In this document: piece after piece, positions 10,721 to 20,141 of the stretch
Position numbering within the stretch: position 1 is the stretch's first letter
How the letters are laid out: every line of letters starts with the position of its first letter
DNA from: Azolla caroliniana
Lineage: Eukaryota; Plantae; Polypodiophyta
Length of the DNA: 23,076 nt
Direction of reading: 5' to 3'
Assembly: GCA_043228905.1 (NCBI GenBank)
Contig: JBHGNT010000490.1
Coordinates: 1 to 23,076 of the forward strand
Position numbers and translations under genes: made by a program
Notes under the pieces: model-generated
What the model saw: only the letters and a program-made list of their open reading frames with translations
Told to the model about the DNA's origin: nothing
The model's database searches: none

Positions 10721-12169
10721 CAACTCGGGTCGGTTCCTTTCGGTTGATGTCTGCTTCGGACGATCTCTGGTGTCCACTTCGGCTCATACTTGGTTCGGAT
10801 GGTATCTGGTTCTCTCTTGTACTCCCCCTCAAGCTTGGCAAGTCAGGGATCGTCAATCCAAGGTCAGACATGAATTGCCGAAGCTTGTCGGCTCCTAGGG
10901 CCTTGGTGAAGATGTCGGATGTTTGAAGATTCGTGTTGATGTGTAGAAGATCGACATCTCCGGCCTGAAAACGCTCTTGAATGAAGTGGTAGTGCACTTC
11001 AATATGCTTTGTGCGTGCGTGGAACATCGGGTTCCGAGCCAGATATATACTGCTCATGTTGTCGTAGTAAATGGGTGTCAGATCCTTGATGGGAACGCCC
11101 ATATCCTTCAAAATCCTCTTGAGCCATACGACTTCACATGCAACTATGGCTGCGCCCTTGTATTCGGTCTCCGTACTCGAAAGAGCTACGATTGGTTGCT
11201 TCTTGCTACTCCACGAAATTGCTCCGCTGCCAAGGGAGAAGACAAAACCAGAGGTTGATCGTCGATCGGCTTTGTAGTCGGCCTAGTCGGTGTACCTTCG
11301 AGTCGAATTGGTGTGGCCGATGAGTAAAGGATGTCATAATCCATTGTGTTGCTCATGTATCGTAATACTCACTTAACGCAATCGAAATGGATATCTCGCA
11401 GAGTTTGCATGAATTGGCTAAGGAGGCCAACCGGATAGTTGAGGTTGGGTTGCGTGATCGTGAGATAGATGAGGCTCTCGATCAGTTGTCGATATTGAGT
11501 TGGCTCACACTCGTCTGTGCCGGAGTCGACATCTAGTTTGAGGTTTCGATCGAGAGGGGTTGACACAAATTTGCACTCTATCATCTCGAACTTGTATAGT
11601 AAGTTGAGAATGTAGTGCCATTGAGAGATCATAATGCCGGTCGGAATCCAAATTACTTCGATGCCTAGGAAGTAATGAAGTTCCTTCATGTCTGTCATCT
11701 CGAATTTGTTGGAGAGGAGGGATTTCACCTTGTTGATGTTGACTAAACTTTCTCCTCCAATGACCAGATCATCCACATATAGGATGATGACAATCGAGCT
11801 TCTAGAGTCGTTTCGTACATAGAGGGAGTTGTTGGATTTCGACATTCGAAAGCCAATTTGATGAAGATATTGCATAATCTTCGAATGCCAAACATGTGGT
11901 GCTTGCTTGAGGCCGTAGAGAGGCTTCTTGAGTTGGCATACGGCTTTCGAATGAATGCTAGATTCGAAGCCGGGTGGTTGTACCATGTACACCTCCTCTT
12001 CTAATTCGCCTTGAAGAAAGGTGTTCTTGACGTCCATTTGGTGGAGGTGCCACCCTTTCACCGTTGCGAGTGCGATCATGGTCCGCATAGTTGTCATCTT
12101 TGCCACCAGGGTAAATGTATCTTCGTAGTCGACTCCATGCGTCTGTGCGTATCCTTTTGCTACGAGTCG
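10707..12169 (-). pseudogene. Copia reverse transcriptase and RNase H (5'-truncated, disrupted)
   Basis: RLVAKGYAQ..GVDYEDTF; LHQMDVKNTFLQG; LYGLKQAP; LYVDDLVI; ISWSSKKQ; [14 protein letters not shown]; DIFTKAL. The RNase H DADWA motif is destroyed. Confidence 0.95.
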
Positions 12170-13208
12170 AAAACAACGTCTCGACTTATTCGAGATTTTC
12201 GAGTTGAGGGGTTATAGCACTTGTACCCCTTTTGCTCCAGTGAGTATCCTATGAGGATACATTTCTTTGACTTTGGGTCGAGCTTTTGTCGCTTCTCGTT
12301 GGGGATGTGCACGTACACAATGGAGCCGAATATCCGAACATGTGATAGGTCCGACTTCTTTCCGAAAAACTTCTCGTGCGGAGTAAGTTTGTGCACACCT
12401 GATGTCGTACACCGATTCATGAGGTATAGGCTATGCTGGCCGCTTCTGCCCAATACAAATTTGGTAGATGCTTTTCGTTCATCATGGCCCATGCTACTTC
12501 GAGGATGTGCTGATTCTTTCGTTCAGCTACACCGTTTTGTTGAGGAGTGTGTCGGCACGAGAATTCTCGTTGGATTCATTCCTTTCGGAGATACGCCCCA
12601 TAAATTCGTCAAAGTACTCTTTTCCTCCATCTGACCGAAGACATCGTATATGTCTGAACACTTCGCTCTTTTGCTGCATGGGGTAGATCCAGGTGTGCTT
12701 GGAGAAGGCCACGTAGTATCGGCATCCGCCAAATGTAGCTGTTTGAACCAGACCCCATACATCGGAATGAATTACGTCGAGTACGCCTTTGCTCACATTT
12801 CGCTTATTCAGAAATGGGTGTCGATGTTGCTTGCCGAATTGGCAAGCGGCACACACGCCTTCAATCCCTTTTTCCGTGAATGTTGGGAGCCCGATGACAA
12901 CTCCTTTCGATTGCATTGCCTTGCTTTTGGAGGTTGATATGGTCCATCCGCTTATGCCATAACTCTATGTTAGAATTGGCTTTCATGCCCTTTGCAAACA
13001 TGGTCGATTTCATCTCGTGCGAGTTGAGAATGAATATTTGGCCCTCTCTTCGTCCGCGAGCAATAAGTCGGCCCTCTTTTTCGATAAAGCAACCACCTTG
13101 ATTAAATTGTACTTGCATCCCTTGCTCAACAATTTGGCCGACGGAGACCAAATTCTTCATAATGGTTGGTACATGCAAGACATTTTTAATAAAAGTTTGG
13201 TTACCCTC
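12170..13208 (-). pseudogene. Copia protease C-terminus, GAG-pre-integrase and integrase (disrupted)
   Basis: NVLHVP..KNLVSVGQ; LWHKRMDH; CAACQFGKQHR; LDVIHSDVWG; LRSDGGKEY; KLDPKSKKCILIGY; ISRDVVFD. Frameshifts and internal deletions. Confidence 0.92.
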
Positions 13209-13213
13209 TTTGC

Positions 13214-13661
13214 TGTTACCGATTAGGAACACGGTTTACGGTCAGTCCTTTGACCTAGACCTCCAAGTGATTGTGTGACAACGAACGGTAGCATCTGTGC
13301 GTAATACGTAGGGGAATGTTTCCCGTAACCTAGCAGCATATAAGGGAGACGGCTACAACTGAGCTCCTTAACAGTGGCTACACACTCACCGTGGCTTACT
13401 TCTACACTCTCAGGTGTTACAGACACACAATAGATTAGTCGTAGCTATACACAGATATCAGAGAAGATAGAATTCTATTACGATATGCTTCTTTACATTC
13501 CAAAATTACATGCTACCTCTATCAGAAGTTTTCTACCCTTTATATACGCATGGTCTTTTAGCCGTTCACGCTTCCCGTGTGAACCGTTACATGCGTTACA
13601 ATCTTATACTATTCCCTATTCCTGCGCTCTTGTCCGTCGGTTACTATTCCGGTGGACAACA
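13214..13661 (-). repeat. Nested element 3' LTR (448 bp)
   Basis: Ungapped alignment to 16479-16926 with about 31 substitutions; minus-strand TATA at 13536-13547. Confidence 0.93.
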
Positions 13662-13663
13662 CC

Positions 13664-13680
13664 TGGCACGCTTGTGGGAC
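13664..13680 (+). other. Inverted second PBS-like motif (tRNA-Arg 3'-end copy on the element sense strand) in the PPT position
   Basis: + strand TGGCACGCTTGTGGGAC 2 nt from the LTR border; no purine tract on the minus strand here. Confidence 0.8.
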
Positions 13681-13708
13681 AGTGCTATGGCACGTCGGAC
13701 CCATCCCG

Positions 13709-15650
13709 TTAATCTTCTTCCAAAATGGCCCGGATGTTTGGCTTTGCTATGGTGTCCGCGTCCAGGGACGATGTAGGGCCAGTAGGTGCATCGTGGTGTG
13801 GTTCCCCTGTTTGGTCGGGAGGGCTTCTCCTGGTGTCGCGATCGTCCTATGTGGGCGGTTCGGGTTTTATGGGCTCTTCTTGGGCTAGGGGGTTGGGCTC
13901 AGCCGTCAGCGGGCTTGCGGTCGATCACGGCTCTGTCTCATCCGTCCCTTCCTCCGTGGTGTCGACCGTCGTTGTACACTCTGGGGAGTGGGGTTGCGGT
14001 TCCGCTTGGTTCGCAACGTTCCCTGTGTGGTTGGTCGATAGCGTATGCTCCGGTAGATGGGGTTCCTCTTGGGCAGCGGTTTCGCTGTCTCGTAATGTGG
14101 GGGACTCCGCTCGTCGTTCCGCACTGTTCACCGTAGTTGTAATTTCTGGTGACCTGACCTGAGGTTCCTCTTCTTCGGCAGTGTCCGGAATTGGTGTTGC
14201 GATGGATTCCTCATTTGTTCGCGTGCTACTGGCTTGTGTGATCTGGTGAAAACAGCTCCTCCTGGCTTTCACCAAAATCATGTAATAGTTGTGCGAGTTC
14301 TTCAGAATGTTGGTCCGTTAACGCGCGATAGTCCTGTGCTAGGTCCTTGCGTACTGCCGCAATGCTCTCCTCATTAAGTTTATAGAAACCTCGGTCGACT
14401 TTTCACCGGTTCTCCTAGTCTGCACGATACGCGTACAATTCCGCTGCTTGGGCTTGTCTAGCGCCGTTTTCAATTGTGCTGTGAACCTCTCCCGATTCAT
14501 TTGTAGAAGGATACACACGTTGTCTATGATGGCCTGGCAACGGTTGCGTGCTTCTTTCATTGACTTCTTGAGGTTTGCAATTTCTTGCTGACTAACTACC
14601 GCCACTTCTTCGTACGTGCTCTTCAGGCCCGCCCATAACTGGGATTCCTTTGCATGGATTTCTTCTAATTTCCCCATTTCATTGTTTAGGCGGATTTCAA
14701 GTTGATGCCTTCTTTCCTATTTGCCCACCAGTTGCTCGTCGAACCATACCTTCTTTTTCTCCAATAAGGTCCGGAGTCCTGCGATTGCCGCCTCCGATTT
14801 CTTCGCTTCTTCCTGTAATTGAGCGTTTTCTTCTTTTGTCTGGGTGTGCTGTGCTGCCTCCGCAACGAGTTTCTCTTCAAGGGCTCTTATTGCCTTTTGG
14901 CCGTTGGCCCGAATGTCCTTTTCCCTGTCTGAGGATTGGCGAAGTTCAGCGCGAAGGCGGTCAATTTCTGATTCCACTAGTTGTACGACCCTTTTTGCTT
15001 TTGAGGCAATGGCGGTCTGAGCCTCAATCTCTTCCTTCAAGGTTTTGATGGCATGGTTTGGTGGTGGAGTTGGCTGTTGCGCCGTAGTCACGTTAGTTTC
15101 CAACTCCGCGATGCGTTTGTTGGCTTTTTGTAGCTCGGCTTGGGTCAGTTTCACCTTCTTCTAGACATTCTTATTTTTAATGGCCATCTCCTTGGCGCCC
15201 GTGTTGACCTTTGCCCGTTCCCTATGGACTTCGACTAGGGCCGTGTTTAATGGGGGTAGCCCCATCCCCACTCGGCGTATACCGGTGTTCCTCTGTCTAC
15301 CGACTCTGGCTAACTGGTCCTCATCGTCGCTCTCCGCCGTTTGTGTTAAGGTGTGCTCGATCATCTAGCGCTCCGCGTGCTCCTCGGCCATTCGTTGTGA
15401 GGCCTTTATCTGTTGTGTTGCCAAGAATTCCATGAGCTCAAAAGAGGTTCTGAACTGCAAGAGGGCGCTGAACTCATGGGCCGTGTCCGAGATATCCGGA
15501 TATGCCAAAACCTCACTTTCCGCCGTTAATACGGCTTTCCCTCGTTGTGACTAGGCCGTAATGATAGGCCGTGGCTCCCGGATGATTTCGAAGGTGGTGT
15601 TGTGCTCCATAGCTGCGGAGCCATCGCCTTCGGTCGTTGTCTCTACCACC
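13709..15650 (-). pseudogene. Extra ORF remnant: coiled coil, conserved helical domain and P/E/T-rich tail, fused in frame to gag
   Basis: ORFs 15551-16036, 15161-15364, 14717-15154 and 14339-14677 share one frame, broken only by TAG stops. After local frameshifts the frame ends ...NIRAILEED-TAA at 13709. Confidence 0.7.
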
Positions 15651-16424
15651 GTGGGTACGTATTTAACTAATCTCCGCCCATCTTTCCTGTCCAGCTCGAG
15701 CTGGAACGCTCGTTCAATGACCATATCTGCCGTTTCCCCTTTCACGTTATTGTTGTTGAGCGTTGTCTGTATGGGTCGGTGTAATGCTGCCAGAAATATC
15801 TCCCGAGCCTCGTCCTTCGTGAGGCTCCGTTCTAGTTTCCGCCGTAAATTTTGGAAAAGTAGGCTGAAGCCGGCGATCGTCTCGATCGGCAGCTGCTTAA
15901 TTGTGTAGAATTGTTTGAGAATTTCGCGTTGTGGAACCCTCCGATGGAAGAACATGCAAAAAGGCGGACTGCAGCTGGTCGAAGGTCGTGATTGCTGGGA
16001 AATCCATTTGTGAATGCCAAAATGCCGCTCGCCCATCCAATGTTAACCCGAACTCCATCATTTTGGGTTGGTGCGCTACCGCCTCAGAAATGCTCTGCGC
16101 CATGTGGTTTGCATTCCAAACATTGAGGAACATGCGAATATGAGTTGCGGCATCGGTTTCGCTGTTAAAGCGGGGATAGGCAAAGGCCATGGTAGGGGCT
16201 ACGGCAGGTCGGGAAAGACCACAGTGCTATTGTGGTGAGCGTGCTCCCCGCATATCGTCGAGGTATTTGGAGAGCGGAAAATCACCTTTGTGACCACGAC
16301 AAGTAGTGTTGAGGTCGCTGAGGCAAGGCTTCTCCCGTGCGTGGTCCTCTACCTGGCGTGTGATGGATCGTGTGATTGGCCAGTCTAGTCGTGTTGGTTC
16401 TCTGGGGCATCTACGGCTAAACAT
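15650..16424 (-). pseudogene. Ty3/gypsy-type gag (retrotransposon gag/capsid domain), with stop and frameshift
   Basis: PITRS..; YPRFNSETDAATHIRMF..W; FGLTLDGRAAFWH..ITTFDQLQSAFL; then FYTIKQ...ETIAGFSLLFQNL (major-homology-region-like Q..E.I..F...F) and AREIFLAAL. Confidence 0.8.
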
Positions 16425-16457
16425 CCATTCGTTGTTGTTCGTCCGTGAGAAGACACA

Positions 16458-16474
16458 GATCAACAAGCATGCCA
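16458..16474 (-). other. Nested element PBS (degenerate, tRNA-Arg-like)
   Basis: Minus strand LTR-CA + CTTT + TGGCATGCTTGTTGATC. The first 11 nt equal TGGCACGCCCG with three C>T changes (G:U-compatible). It lies ~35-50 nt upstream of gag. Confidence 0.6.
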
Positions 16475-16478
16475 AAAG

Positions 16479-16926
16479 TGTTACCAATTAGAAATATGGT
16501 CTACGGTCAGTTCTTCGACCTAGACCTCCAAGTGACTGTGTGACAACGAACGGTAGCGTCTGTGCGTAATACGTAGGGGAATGTTCCCCGTAACCTAGCA
16601 ACGTATAAGGGAGACGGCTACAACTGAGCTCCTTAACAGTGGATACACACTCACTGTGGCTTACTTCTACACTCTCAGGTGTTACAGACACACAGTAGAT
16701 TAGCCGTAGCTATACACAGATATAAGAGAAGATAGAATTCTATTACGATACGCTTCTTTACATTCCAAAATTACACGCTACCTCTATCAGAGGTTTTCTT
16801 CCCTTTATATACGCAGGGTCTTTTAATCATTCACGCTTCCCGCATGAACCGTTACATGTGATACAATCTTATACTATTCCCTATTCCTGTGCTCTTGTCC
16901 GTCGGTTACTATTCCGGCGGACAACA
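16479..16926 (-). repeat. Nested element 5' LTR (448 bp)
   Basis: tgttacc...ggacaaca; minus-strand TATA GTATATAAAGGG at 16801-16812; gag starts just inside it. Confidence 0.93.
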
Positions 16927-16931
16927 TTTGC

Positions 16932-18047
16932 TGAATGGGACATTGCTGATGTGTCAAATTGGATGCGTGGTGTCGTCTTCGGTTTCGACATAGCAGTGTC
17001 GTTCCGGCTCTCAAAGTTCTCAGAACCATTCTTGATGAGACATCATATGGTTCGAGGCACCGGAGTCGACGAACCATACGTCTTCTGGATCGGAGGCACT
17101 AATTGAAGTAGAAGCTGACATAGAATTTGCTCTATGTCTCATCATGAACATTCTGCCACGATCATCATAGTCGGAGTTGGTGGCGTAATTGGTGAGTTGT
17201 CACCTAGTGGAAGCCGACTTGCGCATCCTCTCACGACACTCTTCTTCGTGGTGACCGATTTTTCCGCAATATCCACCTTCGAACGAGTTTTGTCGGCTCA
17301 GACTGGAATGAAAGCTCACCCTTCTTCCGAAGGTTCCTCGATGACTTCTGTCTTGATGCCAAAATTGCGAGTTTTTTCGTAAGTCGGGCCTCGTCCGCCT
17401 CATCCTTGGCCAAATCGGCCTCTTTTTGCACGGTCGCATCCTCTTCCTCCGTCCGAGTGTGAGTAAAGCATGTGGCCTTCCGAGGCATTGCTCCTTGTTC
17501 GAACATGGTTTTCTTCGACCAACAACATGGATTGAAGATCGAAGAAGGAGGGTGGATTCTCTTGTGCTAATACGATGGTCCTCATCACGCCGACCTGTGG
17601 TGCAACGCTGCCGAGGTATATTTGCACCATCACATCATCGTCCACATTGACGCTTATCGAGCCGAGTGAGTCGCAAAGCTCATTGATCTTCAAGGTGTAG
17701 CTTGTGATGGACATATCCCTTTGTTGGTTGTTGTTCAACTCTTGGCGGAGTTGAAGCTTTCTCGCGGTTGTGTTTGCGGTGAAAATCTTTCGTAGATTCT
17801 CCCACGCTTCCTTTGGCGTCTCGGCTTCTCAAATGTACCCGAACATGTGGTCGTGAACACATGTCGCGAAGCAATACATCACTCGGCATAATCGGCGTCT
17901 TTCGGGTCGGGTAGGTTTTCTTGTGCTCCTTTGATGTAACCCCAATAGGCTTGGCCGACAAGGTTGGTGCATCTTGTACTCCCAAGATGCAAAGTTGTTT
18001 CGATCTAGCTTCTCGCTAGGGAGAACGCTCCCCATTTGAGTATTCAT
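16932..18047 (-). pseudogene. Copia gag and protease (frameshifted)
   Basis: Gag N-terminus EKLDRNNFASWEYKM; zinc knuckle remnant YCGKIGHHEEEC; protease WFVDSGASNHM at ~17045-17077. Multiple frameshifts. Confidence 0.9.
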
Positions 18048-18190
18048 TGTCGATGAAGCTTTCTTTCTTCTTTTCCTTCTCTCTCGAACATGAGCTATGT
18101 AGTTGCACTACGATAGCGATGAGTTGGTTTTTCTTGAACGTCGGTGTAGAGCACAATACACGCGGATGGGCTAGATCGAGCTACCAAACC

Positions 18191-18202
18191 GCTCTGATAC
18201 CA
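18191..18202 (-). other. Copia primer-binding site (tRNA-iMet)
   Basis: Minus strand TGGTATCAGAGC immediately after the 5' LTR, the canonical plant iMet PBS. Confidence 0.95.
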
Positions 18203-18650
18203 TGTAAAGAATCGGGTATGATTCTTGTGTAGCAGAAAAGATGTGTGTTATGTGTAAGTGTGAGAGAAATTAGAGGAGAGAAGAGAGAACACAATATAAA
18301 TAGAAAAAGGAATACTCAAGAAGGTGTATATTCATAAGTAGAATAGCAAATACAAAATGTGGTATTACAAGGAGTCACAACCGACTTAGTATGAAGTATG
18401 ATGAGGGTGCTTTATATATAGTTACCCTCTCTCTTCATTAACTAACTATAACCACCACTCTCTCTTGGGGAATGTGAAGACTCATAGTCATGGGCAATAT
18501 GTAACTCATTAGTTATGTCTCATAGAATATGATTCTATGACACATATTTAATGTGTAGAGAGTAGTGGTGTGACTCTTGACCTTTGAGTAATCATAGATT
18601 CTCAAAAGGTGTGTTCACACGTTGCACTATGTTGAGCTTGATTCTTAACA
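18203..18650 (-). repeat. Copia 5' LTR (448 bp)
   Basis: tgtaaagaatcgg...ttcttaaca; adjacent to the PBS; about 18 substitutions plus 4 indels versus the left LTR by manual comparison. Confidence 0.96.
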
Positions 18651-19639
18651 AAATGCATAGCATACAAAGTAGAATTCCCCAAGAAATAGATTTAGCATTG
18701 AAAGATACAAATCATATCTTAGGGTTTGCCTTCTTGGTACAGAAATGTTTGAGCATTACCATTGCATGACATTTATGTTGATATAAGGCAATAATTGTTA
18801 CATCTTGATGTCATTGTAAGGTTTATACATAGCATCATACATATCACCACTTACTATAAACCATGGGCACACTTCCTACATATTCATGCTTAAACATCCT
18901 AATTGTAATAAAACTTCCATCAATTTAAAAATTTCTTAAACTTTATTAATTGATCTATTTTGTACTTTTAACTTCTACAAAACATTCTATAATTGACATA
19001 ATTTATAGAAACTAATATATAATGGAGATTCAATCATAAACTTTTCACAAGAAGCACCTAAATAATAAACCCTTTGGCTTTTGGTTGCACAAAAAACCTA
19101 CCATTGACTTCTAATGAAGTATTTAAATATGCTAAGAAATAATATATCATATGTGAAATCCTTTAGAAACCTTTTACAAAGATTTTCTAAAAGAAATCCT
19201 CCAAATAAGAACCACCATATTCATCTATGCACATTACATATGTTGGCATTATAGTATTTCTTTGTCAATGTCTCTAGACTCGAAAGACATGATTGGTTGA
19301 TGGCTATTGAAGCAAACTCTATTTTAAGTCTCACTTTGGATTGTAACAATAATCAAAACTAGGAACTTCAATATTCTCGTAATTGTTTTGCTTGACATGT
19401 ATATGAAATATAGAGATAATACCGATAAAATTCTTGATAATAATGATATTGTGTTGTTACCATGATCCACCTAATTGACCTACCTAGATTTGCACCACCT
19501 TTAGTAACTACCCAAAGATTAGCAAGCACATTAACCTTAGTTGGCAGCCAAACCAACCCAAATAGGTATCTCTATATGAACTATAAATTAAGCATGAAGG
19601 AATAAATGAGATAGATTATTTCCGAATCTATCTCCGATC

Positions 19640-20088
19640 TGTTAATCCTTAGGGCCAGACAATGGCCTAACACAGGGTGTCTCTGGAAGACACTTCACTA
19701 AAGGGGTGTTATGGCGAGATAACTTAAGACACAACGATTAATTCGACTTAATTGGCTACTTAGCAATAAGCCATTCACTTAATACACGCGTAAGATATCA
19801 CAATTAATAAAGAACGGTAATCAATACATGAAGATAAAACAAGAAGCTTATATTAATTCTTCGTGAAAGTTTTACATTGTAACCAGACCTTTATATAGGT
19901 CACCGGTGCTACGTACAAAACGATGCCAACTGGCACCTGTTCGGAACCGGTCCGGATCCGGATCGGCATACCGATTCCGGTCCATCCGTTCACTACATAA
20001 TTATAATCTACTCTACTTAATTAAAATATATTTCGAATAGCCATCCCTTTCACATTCTGGTCTTTACTCCTTTGTCGGCCGGGTAACA
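19640..20088 (-). repeat. LTR (449 bp), interpreted as the 3' LTR; predicted TSD CGATC
   Basis: Terminal inverted TGTTA/TAACA. Minus-strand CTATATAAAGG at 19888-19898 is followed downstream by AATATAA and a T/GT-rich tract. A PBS-like motif lies at the inner border. Confidence 0.78.
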
Positions 20089-20090
20089 CA

Positions 20091-20107
20091 TGGCACGCCC
20101 GTGGGAC
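20091..20107 (+). other. tRNA-Arg PBS-like motif oriented opposite to the element ORF and promoter, in the PPT position
   Basis: + strand TGGCACGCCCGTGGGAC 2 nt from the LTR end. Confidence 0.85.
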
Positions 20108-20141
20108 CGTACCTTGTATGTCGAATTCCACTATCCGGCCC

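Larger units (their letters stand above)
13214..16926 (-). mobile_element. Nested non-autonomous Ty3/gypsy-like LTR retrotransposon (gag plus extra ORF, no pol), 3713 bp
   Basis: Two 448-bp TG..CA LTRs and a perfect TSD TTTGC (13209-13213 / 16927-16931). It splits the host copia reading frame (...NVPFSK|EGNQTFIKNVLHVP). A gypsy-type gag lies on the minus strand. Confidence 0.93.
10279..18650 (-). mobile_element. Full-length but decayed Ty1/copia LTR retrotransposon, interrupted by a nested element
   Basis: Paired TG..CA LTRs (10279-10706, 18203-18650) and a perfect 5-bp TSD AAATG (10274-10278 / 18651-18655). PBS TGGTATCAGAGC and a PPT are present. Domain order on the minus strand is gag-PR-INT-RT-RH (copia order). 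Confidence 0.97.

Noticed and set aside
13214-16926. Reading the nested element as a normal + strand element (left LTR + PBS ... PPT + right LTR)
   Set aside because: There is no + strand PPT before 16479 (only AAAAG), and gag, the extra ORF and the best TATA are all on the minus strand. A weaker + strand TATAAG near 13338 exists, so bidirectional activity is not excluded.
13214-20088. Three different LTR families all measure 448-449 bp
   Set aside because: The copia LTR is unrelated in sequence and its other copy is 428 bp; treated as coincidence.
20091-20107. Calling the tRNA-like motifs (here and at 13664-13680) tRNA genes or SINEs
   Set aside because: Only ~17 nt of the 3' end including CCA is present; there is no cloverleaf and no A/B boxes.
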